Source of the DNA: an uncultured bacterium
Lineage (GTDB): Bacteria; Babelota; Babeliae; Babelales; Vermiphilaceae
Direction of reading: 5' to 3'
Assembly: GCA_963695335.1 (NCBI GenBank)
Contig: OY968764.1
Span: 32,001 to 96,000 of the forward strand
Length of the DNA: 64,000 nucleotides
Shown here: one piece after another, positions 50,198 to 60,908 of the stretch
Numbering within the stretch: position 1 is the first letter of the stretch
How the letters are laid out: every line of letters begins with the position of its first letter
Program-made: the position numbers and the translations under genes
Notes under the pieces: generated by a model
What the model was told of the DNA's origin: nothing
The model's database searches: none
Seen by the model: only the letters and a program-made list of their open reading frames with translations

Positions 50198-50271
50198 GCG
50201 CTCGTCCTGAACTTGTTGAAGGATATCCTTGAGCGCTCGAAGATATCCTTCGACAGGCTCAGGACGAGCGC
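50198..50271. repeat. Two REP-like elements head to head
   Basis: GCGCTCGTCCTGAACTTGTTGAAGGATATCCTTGAGCGC overlapping GCGCTCGAAGATATCCTTCGACAGGCTCAGGACGAGCGC. Confidence 0.85.
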
Positions 50272-50293
50272 GGAAAATCAAACACTTAAGTTT

Positions 50294-53182
50294 CTACTCC
50301 CTCGCCGCTTCCCCCTGCTTTTTCTTACTCATCCAATCTTTAATACGCTCAAACAACGCTTTTTCTTTTTCCTTAAACGCAGTCCATACCGCAGGGTCAA
50401 CCACATTATAAGAAAACACTTTAATACCACTTTCAGGGTTTAAACCACCAAGCTTGTCGCGTGTTTCCACCAGCACAAATTCTGCGATATCCTGAGGATT
50501 TTTATCAAGATCTGCTAAAATAGTTTTAATATCGGTTGTAGTCACTTTTTCCCCATCACCTGTTGAAATAAACTCTTTTTTAGGCCCACCGGAAGTTGTG
50601 TAATATACAGATTTATCAACATTATCTTTAGGAATAGCAACTTGCAACATCTCACCATATTTACTCAAATTATCATGCTCTTCTTGTAGCTGCTTTAACT
50701 CATCTGCAAATGCTTGATACGCATCGTTTAACCCAAACATATTAAATATCTCTTCTGTAGTGAAAGCTATCTCGCCCATATTATGATTTTCTAAAAGATA
50801 ATGCATTGAACAACTGCCCAATCTACCTAAATTACCGAACAAAAACTTATTTAAAAACAAGAGCGCTTGACGATTAGAAATACCAAATGGATTTGTTTTT
50901 GATTGATGGGAAAATGGATTACCTTCTTTAATCAAACGTTCACGCTTTTCTGTTTCTGATGCATAAAACTTTTCACTTACTTTCCCCACAACTGGATCAT
51001 CAAGCTGCGTAAACATAAAATCATCCAGATCTTTGCCTGATTTGTATTCATACAACATATCGTAAACATCTGTTAAAAAGCCATATTGCCAACGCCGCGC
51101 ATGATAGAAAACTTCATAATTTTGATCAATTAACTCTTTCTCTTTAGACATAATTTGCTGAACCATGGGTGTAAAATAAGAATTATCTAATAAACTATAC
51201 ACCCAATGGGTATCATCTTTACTACCAATTTGCAAATGTCGGTATGATGGTGTTTGTATTAAACTATCATCAATTTTAAGTGCATCATTAATTACATTAA
51301 GCGCATTCGGCAAGATATCAGCCAAAGGATAATACTCACCCACTAAATCAATAATCTTTGATGCACTAATATTACTTTTTTGCATTAACTGCTGTAATAC
51401 ATGATTAATTTTATTTTTAACTTTTACTTTCCATCCAGGAGCTCGATGCCATACATCACGTAATACTTTTTTTAAAACACCGAGATCATCTACAGTTATA
51501 ATGTTAAAAATTTCATCAGGAAAATCTTTATCACTTTCAAGAAATATTTTTACTATAGTACCAAGGCTATTTTTTATTTTTCCTGCATAAGATTCAATTG
51601 GCCTTTGTGATAAATCTTGTAAAACAAGCATAGCCAAATCCTCAGCAATAAAAGGATTATCTCCAGATTTTTTCTGAATATTAAATGCCAATTCAAGTAA
51701 ATTACTTACTAATTTATCATCAAAAATAACTTCTTTACGTAATGTTTTTTGCAAAATAGAGCGAATAGGTTTGAACAATTTTGTTGAATTTTTCTTAAAG
51801 ATATCAGCATCATTAAAAACCGTTGCATCATTCAAAATTATAAACTCAAGAATTTTATCGGGAAAATCTCTATCACTTTCAACAAATACATCTACCATTG
51901 CACGCAAAGTACTTTTTATTTTTCCAGCATAAAACTCAACGGGCACTAAAGTTATTTTTGTTTCTCCAGCATACCACTCAACAGGCGTTTTTGATAAATC
52001 ATGAACAATCCGCATAGCCAAATTCTCAGCAAATACAACATCATCAGATGCAGAATAGAGTAATGTAGCTACTAATTTATCAGCAAAAGCAATATCTTTC
52101 TGAAACATTATAGAAAAATTATTATTAAAAATTATAGGAAGAATTTTTTGTTCTACAACCTTTGGACGAGAACCCAGATTATTAACATACGATAGCTTTA
52201 TCACACGATGCTGCATTAATAAATCCCACAACTGTTTTATCTTTTCTTCATCTTTCTCTTTCTCTATTTTATCCACTATACGACGACTTAAGCTACCGAA
52301 AAAATTGATAGGCATAGGTCCACTAATATCTTTTAAAAGTATCTTTATATCATCTATAAAACTATCAACATTTTCAGGTAACAATGCAGAAATATAGCGA
52401 TAATATTCCTTAGGATTATTTGGCCAACCTAAATCCTTCAATATTTTTTGTTTAACAGCTTCTATTTTTAATGCTGTTGCCTGATCATGCTCATCAACAA
52501 AAAGAGATTGATCAAATACTAAACCATGATAATTATAATAGTTCGCCAGAGATTTAAATAAAACTTGTATATCATCAATACTATTTTTTCTGAAAAATGT
52601 TTTAATTTGTTCAATTAAATGAGCATCTATTGGGCCTCTAGATGCCTGCAATTGTTGAATTATCACCTCTGACTCTTCTTGAGGTGACAACTCTTTTTTA
52701 CCAACTGTTTCTTCAACAGGCATTGAAGGCTTTGGAGCCGTTTCTTTAAGCTCCTTGCGTTCAATGCCTGTACTGTATTGTCTCTTTTGAATTCCCGTAG
52801 CAAATGGTGAAGGAGCACTTTCGACTGGTGCAACCACAATCGGTTTAGGTGCAGTGGATGCACCACTAAACCATGATGTCATCAAATTATTAAACCAATT
52901 ACGCACATATTGTCCTGCTTGAGAAATTCTTAATTTTGCTGCTGCAAGCGTTACACCGCTCAATAATTTTTTTTGATCTAAAAATGGAGATGTTTTTTTT
53001 ATTTCTGGCAACGTTGATGGTATAAGCGTTGGTTGTATAGGTGTAGGTTGAGTTGGTTGTTGTATGAACGGTGTACCCACAGTTTGCGCACGCCGTGCAC
53101 CAGTTCTGAGTGTTGTCATTCCATGCATTAATGCCACATTACTCAACAAAAAAATCATAATCACTATTTTTATATTCTTCAT
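50294..53182 (-). CDS. Large secreted hypothetical protein (962 aa), putative effector
   Basis: AGGGGA RBS, signal ...MHG|MTT, Pro/Thr-rich linker, internal duplicated segment, C-terminal FYHA...LQVAIP...EFVL domain. Confidence 0.8.
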   Translation of the reverse strand: MKNIKIVIMIFLLSNVALMHGMTTLRTGARRAQTVGTPFIQQPTQPTPIQPTLIPSTLPEIKKTSPFLDQKKLLSGVTLAAAKLRISQAGQYVRNWFNNLMTSWFSGASTAPKPIVVAPVESAPSPFATGIQKRQYSTGIERKELKETAPKPSMPVEETVGKKELSPQEESEVIIQQLQASRGPIDAHLIEQIKTFFRKNSIDDIQVLFKSLANYYNYHGLVFDQSLFVDEHDQATALKIEAVKQKILKDLGWPNNPKEYYRYISALLPENVDSFIDDIKILLKDISGPMPINFFGSLSRRIVDKIEKEKDEEKIKQLWDLLMQHRVIKLSYVNNLGSRPKVVEQKILPIIFNNNFSIMFQKDIAFADKLVATLLYSASDDVVFAENLAMRIVHDLSKTPVEWYAGETKITLVPVEFYAGKIKSTLRAMVDVFVESDRDFPDKILEFIILNDATVFNDADIFKKNSTKLFKPIRSILQKTLRKEVIFDDKLVSNLLELAFNIQKKSGDNPFIAEDLAMLVLQDLSQRPIESYAGKIKNSLGTIVKIFLESDKDFPDEIFNIITVDDLGVLKKVLRDVWHRAPGWKVKVKNKINHVLQQLMQKSNISASKIIDLVGEYYPLADILPNALNVINDALKIDDSLIQTPSYRHLQIGSKDDTHWVYSLLDNSYFTPMVQQIMSKEKELIDQNYEVFYHARRWQYGFLTDVYDMLYEYKSGKDLDDFMFTQLDDPVVGKVSEKFYASETEKRERLIKEGNPFSHQSKTNPFGISNRQALLFLNKFLFGNLGRLGSCSMHYLLENHNMGEIAFTTEEIFNMFGLNDAYQAFADELKQLQEEHDNLSKYGEMLQVAIPKDNVDKSVYYTTSGGPKKEFISTGDGEKVTTTDIKTILADLDKNPQDIAEFVLVETRDKLGGLNPESGIKVFSYNVVDPAVWTAFKEKEKALFERIKDWMSKKKQGEAARE

Positions 53183-53274
53183 TACAATCCCCTTTTTTTT
53201 GACCCCCTAATTATATTTGAATATACTACATGGCAAAAGCACATCTCAATCATTTAAACTAGAAAAAATAAAGA

Positions 53275-53313
53275 GCGCTCAAAGAAACCCTTCAACAGGT
53301 TCAGGGTGAGCGC
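53275..53313. repeat. REP-like element
   Basis: GCGCTCAAAGAAACCCTTCAACAGGTTCAGGGTGAGCGC. Confidence 0.8.
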
Positions 53314-53320
53314 GAGGATC

Positions 53321-53350
53321 AAAAAAAAGGAGCTGAATCAGCCCCTTTTT
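53321..53350 (-). terminator. Intrinsic terminator
   Basis: AAAAAGGAGCTG/CAGCCCCTTTTT. Confidence 0.6.
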
Positions 53351-53374
53351 AAAAACTAAAATAATTTCTAGCCG

Positions 53375-53818
53375 TTATTCTTCTTCAACCTCTTCATAAA
53401 ATACTTTAATATCACCAATCATACCACGACGTGTATACAGTTCACCTTCCATTTTATCCTGTTTTGCTGCTGCCATAATTTGTGATATTGTTACTTGTTG
53501 TGCTGCATGAGGATACTCATAGGTTAATTCATATGCACCCGCTTTTTTTGCAGTAAAAATTTTAATAAAACCTTTACCGCCACTCACTGATTGTCCCGGT
53601 TGCACAACTGCATCAACATCTTTACCATCTTTTTTATATTCAACACTCATAGCTTGCGATGAATCATTCATAATCATTATATCACCAGCTGATTGACCCA
53701 TTTGCATGAATGATCCCATTCCACCAAAACGGCTTTTTATAAACATAAGCCCTGCAATAGCTGCTACTGCAAGTAAACCGATCATTATTATTTTGTGCAT
53801 AGAATGATGATGTTTCAT
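53375..53818 (-). CDS. Hypothetical membrane-anchored protein
   Basis: AAGGAG RBS before MKHHHSMH; single N-terminal TM helix. Confidence 0.75.
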   Translation of the reverse strand: MKHHHSMHKIIMIGLLAVAAIAGLMFIKSRFGGMGSFMQMGQSAGDIMIMNDSSQAMSVEYKKDGKDVDAVVQPGQSVSGGKGFIKIFTAKKAGAYELTYEYPHAAQQVTISQIMAAAKQDKMEGELYTRRGMIGDIKVFYEEVEEE

Positions 53819-53863
53819 AAAATCTCCTTTTATTTTTTTATTCCTCATTTTTTTACTTCTTCT

Positions 53864-53902
53864 GCGCTCGCCCTGAACATGTTGAAGGGTTTCTTCGAGC
53901 GC
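53864..53902. repeat. REP-like element (inverse of 53275 copy)
   Basis: GCGCTCGCCCTGAACATGTTGAAGGGTTTCTTCGAGCGC. Confidence 0.8.
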
Positions 53903-54029
53903 GCTTTAATCCTTTTTCCCCAATTTTCGCTTCACTCTCATCGGGGTCCCCATCAAGAGAAATCGAAGATGGGGGTAAGCTGATGAGCGCGAAGAATAAA
54001 TTGCATTATCACCGTAGCACAATTATTAC

Positions 54030-54680
54030 TTATTCTGCAATAATCTCCTGCAACTCATGCAGCGCAACAAGATGATCCGGTTCCTTGAATATTCCTGATG
54101 CAACCGCACAATCATCAACTCCTTTTTCAGCAACAATTTTTATATTGTCTTTATTGATTCCACCGTCAATACCTATCGAAAAAAAAGTCTCACTTTTTTT
54201 TCGGTAATCCGTTAATTGTTGTAAACGTGAAATTGAATTTTGCAAAAAAGGCTGTCCAGAAAATCCAGGCTCAACTGACATCAACAAAACTTGATCCACA
54301 ATTTGGCAAAATGGAAAAATTCTTTCAAGAGGCGTTTTTGGATGTATTGCGATACTTGGCTTGTGTTTTTTTTCTCTTATTATTTTTATAAACTTATCAA
54401 CATTAACTTCCGATTCTATGTGAAATGAAATTAAAGAATCTTCTGGAAGAAAAAGTTGACTGTAAAACTGTTCTGGATGTTGCACCATCAAGTGTATCCA
54501 CACTGGTTTATCAACAAGTTTTGCAATCTTATTTACTGCATCAATTGGTAATGCAGTGTTCGGAACAAACTGATTATCCATAATATCCAAGTGAAAACCT
54601 GCACAATATGGTTCTAACAATTTTATTTCATCTTCTAAGTTTGCTGGATCAACTGACATGAGAGATGGGTAGATGCGCAT
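54030..54680 (-). CDS. rpe: Ribulose-phosphate 3-epimerase
   Basis: IYPSL, HLDIMD..FVPN, HLMV..P, FHIE, MSVEPGFSGQ.F, IDGGIN. Confidence 0.95.
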   Translation of the reverse strand: MRIYPSLMSVDPANLEDEIKLLEPYCAGFHLDIMDNQFVPNTALPIDAVNKIAKLVDKPVWIHLMVQHPEQFYSQLFLPEDSLISFHIESEVNVDKFIKIIREKKHKPSIAIHPKTPLERIFPFCQIVDQVLLMSVEPGFSGQPFLQNSISRLQQLTDYRKKSETFFSIGIDGGINKDNIKIVAEKGVDDCAVASGIFKEPDHLVALHELQEIIAE

Positions 54681-54697
54681 ATTATTTTCTCTTTTTG

Positions 54698-54761
54698 TGT
54701 TCGTATGCTTCGACAGGCTTCCTCCTTCGTTAAAACTTCGGAGGACACGGCACCACGAACG
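54698..54761. repeat. REP-like element with nested hairpin
   Basis: GTTCG...CTTCGACAGGCT[TCCTCCTTCGTTAAAACTTCGGAGGA]...CACGAAC. Confidence 0.65.
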
Positions 54762-54842
54762 GGTTTATAATGTTCACATTTTGTTCGCCTTGTCGAAATG
54801 AGCGAACGTTTTTTCACTATATCACAATCAAGCTCTTTTTCT

Positions 54843-55124
54843 CTCGCGCTCGTCCTGAACTTGTTGAAGGATATCTTTGAGCGCATAAATTATCTGAGTG
54901 ACTTATTATAAACTATTGCAACGAAAATTAATTATTTCTTATAACTATATAAAATGTTTATAAATAAAGAATTAAAGGAGATATCCATATGGAAAATTAT
55001 TAAAAAATATGAGTCCTGCAATGTAAGAATATCTAGATTTTTTTTATTTTTTAAATATACTAAGAAACGAAGAATATTCTTCGCGCTCAAAGATATCCTT
55101 CAACAAGTTCAGGACGAGCGCGAG
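54843..55124. repeat. Two identical 42-bp REP-like elements in inverted orientation (54843-54884, 55083-55124) flanking an AT-rich spacer
   Basis: CTCGCGCTCGTCCTGAACTTGTTGAAGGATATCTTTGAGCGC and its exact reverse complement. Confidence 0.9.
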
Positions 55125-55163
55125 GGCAAAAAATAACGCAAAATCAACTATGAAGGAGAATAT

Positions 55164-55445
55164 ATGTTTCATAATTTTCGTCCACTGGGCGACCGTGTCT
55201 TAATTAAACTCATCGAACAAGAACAAAAAACAACCTCTGGCATCATTATTCCTGATGCTGCGCGTGAAAAACCGCAGACTGGTAAAGTTATCGCTGCAGG
55301 CCAAGGGCGTATCATTGAAGGTAAGTTAATGCCACTTGCTGTTAAAGCTGGTGACATTGTCTACGTTGGTAAATATTCAGGGACTGATGCTGGTGAAGAT
55401 CACCGCATTGTTCGTGAAGATGATATCCTTGGAATTATTGAATAA
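55164..55445 (+). CDS. groES: Co-chaperonin GroES
   Basis: [38 protein letters not shown]. Confidence 0.97.
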   Translation: MFHNFRPLGDRVLIKLIEQEQKTTSGIIIPDAAREKPQTGKVIAAGQGRIIEGKLMPLAVKAGDIVYVGKYSGTDAGEDHRIVREDDILGIIE

Positions 55446-55465
55446 TAAATTTTTATAATTTCCCG

Positions 55466-55600
55466 CCGCTCGCCCTGAGTGTTCTACGAAGTAAAACGTA
55501 GTAGAATGTATCGAAGGGTGCAAAATAAAAAAAATTTATGATTATCGATTTCCGCATCCTTCGATACATTTTTGCAGAGCAAAAACACTCAGGACGAGCG
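55466..55600. repeat. Inverted pair of long-variant REP-like elements between groES and groEL
   Basis: CCGCTCGCCCTGAGTG...TGTATCGAAGGGTGC and GCATCCTTCGATACA...CACTCAGGACGAGCG. Confidence 0.8.
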
Positions 55601-55632
55601 TAAAAAAACGATGAATTATAAGAAGTTGATAA

Positions 55633-57290
<1,658 letters not shown>

Positions 57291-57330
57291 CCCCACAAGG
57301 ATATCCTCGAGCGCAATATATAATTACATT

Positions 57331-57356
57331 GGCCCCAAACATTGGGGCCTTTTTTT
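57331..57356 (+). terminator. groEL terminator
   Basis: GGCCCCAA/TTGGGGCC followed by a T run. Confidence 0.8.
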
Positions 57357-57427
57357 GTATTTATCACAAATCTTGTTTACAATTATTCCATCAAATTATT
57401 CATGATTATATTTTCAAAGGACCATTC

Positions 57428-58339
57428 GTGAACAAATTACATGCATCTCTTTTTTCACTATTTTCTGTAGCCACTTTTTTATGCTCAGCCTCTGAACAAC
57501 CAATTACACAATATGATGAGAAACAATTATCCACTATCAAAATATTTGACAAAAAAGTTAACTTCAGCGAGCAACAATGTCACGAAAATTATACACATTT
57601 CATTAAAAATGCTAACGCATTACAAGAGACTTTTAAAAATCAGCATAACTTTCCTCTTGTAAACAATGAACTTCGCTTTATGATGGCAGAAAATCTAAAA
57701 CCAATCATAAAACACACAGATTTTATAAACCGTTTACGAAGACATCTAACACAAACTCCTCATCAACAATCCCACAGATTGAATTACCTCAATACAATAC
57801 AGGGAACGCTCAGAAATATAAATGAACTTACTATTACCACTGAAGAAATAGAACAATATATAATGGTTATTGGTGACATAGTACCCCGACCAATGCAAAA
57901 TTTACATAACCCCATTGATCAGCTAACACAACAAATATTTGATGAAATTACAGAAGAGAATGAACAATGTGCACGATTATTCCCCACCCCTTTGGACAAA
58001 GAAGCTTCAGAGCAAAATAAAAAAACAGTAGATTGTCTAGCGGAATTCCTCAAGATTACACAACAAGAAAAAATAACTAAAAAACAAAAAAAACAGGCAA
58101 AACAAATTGCAGAACTACAAGCAACAATCGATGAATTCCCAACAATGAAACTACCACCGCTCGTGACTGATACAATGACTGATGCTGAAATAGAAGCTAT
58201 CATCGCTCAGCACGATAAATTCTTCAAGAGCGAAGCAACGAGAAAAACTCCTTATATCATAGCAGGCGCAATTGCCATCCTCATTGCTTACTGTTGCAAG
58301 CTTCACCACAAACTTGCTGACTTTATCAGCTCAAAATAA
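57428..58339 (+). CDS. Hypothetical secreted protein with C-terminal TM anchor
   Basis: AAAGGA RBS + GTG start, signal ...CSA|SEQ, C-terminal YIIAGAIAILIAYCC. Confidence 0.7.
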   Translation: MNKLHASLFSLFSVATFLCSASEQPITQYDEKQLSTIKIFDKKVNFSEQQCHENYTHFIKNANALQETFKNQHNFPLVNNELRFMMAENLKPIIKHTDFINRLRRHLTQTPHQQSHRLNYLNTIQGTLRNINELTITTEEIEQYIMVIGDIVPRPMQNLHNPIDQLTQQIFDEITEENEQCARLFPTPLDKEASEQNKKTVDCLAEFLKITQQEKITKKQKKQAKQIAELQATIDEFPTMKLPPLVTDTMTDAEIEAIIAQHDKFFKSEATRKTPYIIAGAIAILIAYCCKLHHKLADFISSK

Positions 58340-58380
58340 AAACAACAATTTTTTTCAATCACACATAGATAATTATAATT

Positions 58381-58405
58381 GGCCCCAAACTTGGGGCCTT
58401 TTTTT
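58381..58405 (+). terminator. Terminator, near copy of 57331
   Basis: GGCCCCAAACTTGGGGCC followed by a T run. Confidence 0.8.
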
Positions 58406-58473
58406 ATTGTAATTTTTACGCATGAATATTACTCTATTATCATTACATATCCCCTCACAATAAAGGTATTAGC

Positions 58474-58797
58474 ATGATAATGATGAAAAAAATACAACTC
58501 TCTTTTTCTATACTCATGATCCTCACAGGAACAAACTGTTTTTATGCAATGAACAAACAACAAAAAACTGAACTTCTTAAAAACACACAAGAATGTGTAG
58601 GATCTGTAAAACAAAGCACAGAATCTATCAAACAATGCACCGAATCTGTAAAACAATGTACAGAATCTATAAATAAATGCATTGCAACTGCAGACAGAAC
58701 AATTGAGACTACAAACAGAACGATCGACAATATAAATAAAATGATAGAGGAAAGAAATAGACAACAAAGGAACTATACTCACCATCCTATCCAATAG
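58474..58797 (+). CDS. Small secreted heptad-repeat (coiled-coil) protein
   Basis: Signal ...FYA|MNK; (Q/E)(C/S)TES(V/I)K repeats encoded by 21-nt tandem repeats. Confidence 0.7.
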   Translation: MIMMKKIQLSFSILMILTGTNCFYAMNKQQKTELLKNTQECVGSVKQSTESIKQCTESVKQCTESINKCIATADRTIETTNRTIDNINKMIEERNRQQRNYTHHPIQ

Positions 58798-58857
58798 ATT
58801 TATGCAATAAACAATCAAATAGACACAACATATCTTCATAAAACACAACAAACAAAT

Positions 58858-60147
58858 ATGAAAAACTTTTTTATTTTTACATCACTCATATTATCCACAT
58901 CATTCACAACGTTCACCATGGAAAAAGAACATCAAAAAAGAAAAGATTTTCATTGGCATTCAATGGATGATATAAATGATGTAAATGATAACAATACAAC
59001 AACCGCATCATCAACCACACCTATTCCACATGATGAACTTAAAGAGTTTGCTGATCAACTTAATACAGCAATTAACAAAAGATGTACTGTAAAAGATTTG
59101 TTCGGATTTGCATATGAATTAAAACATTCTGAACTCAAAGAAAAAGATTTTTTTGCCATCGCACAGATCATCGATAAATATTCAAAAACATATGATTTTA
59201 CACTCAACAATTTCATAGAAACTTTTAATTATATATCCAAACATCCATGGTACTGTGGTGATACAAAAAACTATCTTAACACGACTATACTCTATTTTAC
59301 TGATCTTGCGAAAAAAAATTTTGATGGTGTCACGAGTACAACTTTAGACATAGTTGGCAATGCTAATTCTCTACAATCAACGCCACAACTGAATAGATTA
59401 CCCCAATACCTTAGATACTATTGCATGAACAATGCATACCACAAAAAGATTGCCCAATCATATGACATCGTTCTTACTAGTCACACAGATAATATTACTT
59501 GTGTTGATGTGCATGAAGCAACTCACCGTGCAGCTACTGGTAATTGTGATAAAACATTACACATATGGGATCTTACAACAGGAAAATGCTTACGCACATT
59601 AAATCACCACCATCCTGTAAATTGCATAACATTTAACGATAATGGATCTCGTTTTGCAACAGCAGCCAATTTTGAAGATGAATCAAGCTTTATAGGCATA
59701 TGGGACTCTCAATCAGTTCGGCTCGACAGACCTGTATGTTATAAGGAAATAGAAATACCGGCTATTCATTCACTATCGTATAAAAACAACACACTCATTG
59801 CTTGCAGCAAAGATAATCCCCCAAAGATTTTTATCTTCTCGGTAAAAAATAATAAGATCAAAGAGAAAGAACTGGCGATGGAGCTATCACAACAACGCAA
59901 CAGTAATGAATTCCATCAAAAATGGGGTGATTATAGAGCAATAGATCCCCGTAATAGTTTGTCGTATAAGGCAACAATAACTATCACCAAAAAAAACTGC
60001 CATAAATTTTGTCTATATCAGCAAGCTATAAAAAATGATGCACTCAATTTTAATGTTGAAAGAATTGAAGCTACTCCTTTTACTGAATATGAAAAAGGTA
60101 TATTACACAAATTATTGATTGCTGAACAAACAAAACAAAAAATTTAG
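58858..60147 (+). CDS. Secreted protein with partial WD40 repeats
   Basis: Signal ...TFT|MEK; SHTDNITCVD...LHIWDLTTGKC. Confidence 0.8.
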   Translation: MKNFFIFTSLILSTSFTTFTMEKEHQKRKDFHWHSMDDINDVNDNNTTTASSTTPIPHDELKEFADQLNTAINKRCTVKDLFGFAYELKHSELKEKDFFAIAQIIDKYSKTYDFTLNNFIETFNYISKHPWYCGDTKNYLNTTILYFTDLAKKNFDGVTSTTLDIVGNANSLQSTPQLNRLPQYLRYYCMNNAYHKKIAQSYDIVLTSHTDNITCVDVHEATHRAATGNCDKTLHIWDLTTGKCLRTLNHHHPVNCITFNDNGSRFATAANFEDESSFIGIWDSQSVRLDRPVCYKEIEIPAIHSLSYKNNTLIACSKDNPPKIFIFSVKNNKIKEKELAMELSQQRNSNEFHQKWGDYRAIDPRNSLSYKATITITKKNCHKFCLYQQAIKNDALNFNVERIEATPFTEYEKGILHKLLIAEQTKQKI

Positions 60148-60167
60148 AAACTACTCATATTTTTACA

Positions 60168-60195
60168 AAGGCACCCAATACTGGTGCCTTTTTTT
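60168..60195 (+). terminator. Intrinsic terminator
   Basis: AAGGCACC/GGTGCCTT followed by a T run. Confidence 0.75.
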
Positions 60196-60281
60196 ATTGT
60201 AATTTACATACATGGTCATTAATATACTATAAGTAAAAATATGCTCATCACCTTCCTCAACATAGTTTGCGTACAAAAATT

Positions 60282-60908
60282 ATGAAAAAAATAATCATAC
60301 ATATAGCAATCTTGTGCAGCTTCTCTTACATGCATGCCATGGAAATGGTTCCACAAGAAAATAATGCATCAACCTTCACATTCAACAACAGTTTAATTAG
60401 TCAACTTAAAAAATCGAGTAAACAAGACAGATCTAACCCAATCCTTTTTAAACAACGAATAAACAGATTAAATATATTACTAGCATTACTCAACCACAAT
60501 GCTGAAATCACTTTTTGCGAAGATAAAAACGTAACACACAATAAACTCTACAACGAACTATTATCTCTTATAAGCTATAACGTTGCTGATAACACAATCA
60601 AAATAGATCGCACACCTTTTTACCGTAAAACTACCTTGCAATTAAATCGTTCTTTACTATGCATTACTACTTCACTACCCTTAACAAATGAACTTAAAAA
60701 AACAATCTCAAACTTTTTAAATCTATATACTCCTTATATCGTAACAAAAAAGATAACCACGAAGGCTTTAACTGAAGAAGAAGAAAAAAAGGAAAAAGAA
60801 TACGATGAAACAACTCTGCTTGCAAATCTACCATACAATACACAAAAGCTATTATTAGAAATTTTTGATGATATGGATAATGTGCCTTCACAACAAGGAG
60901 TGCAGTAA
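60282..60908 (+). CDS. Hypothetical secreted protein, paralog of the 63490 ORF
   Basis: Signal MKKIIIHIAILCSFSYMHA|MEM. Confidence 0.75.
   Translation: MKKIIIHIAILCSFSYMHAMEMVPQENNASTFTFNNSLISQLKKSSKQDRSNPILFKQRINRLNILLALLNHNAEITFCEDKNVTHNKLYNELLSLISYNVADNTIKIDRTPFYRKTTLQLNRSLLCITTSLPLTNELKKTISNFLNLYTPYIVTKKITTKALTEEEEKKEKEYDETTLLANLPYNTQKLLLEIFDDMDNVPSQQGVQ

Noticed and set aside
50213..50443. Short ORFs beginning MLKDILERSKISFDRLRTSA / MRSKISFNKFRTSA (also 54635-54886, 49548-49799)
   Set aside because: Chance translations of REP elements in intergenic DNA, overlapping real genes on the other strand
54885..55163. CIRCE operator upstream of groES
   Set aside because: TTAGCACTC-N9-GAGTGCTAA not found
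58429..58851. Minus-strand 140-aa ORF with FYRF repeats
   Set aside because: Antisense of the plus-strand heptad-repeat gene, which has the RBS and signal peptide
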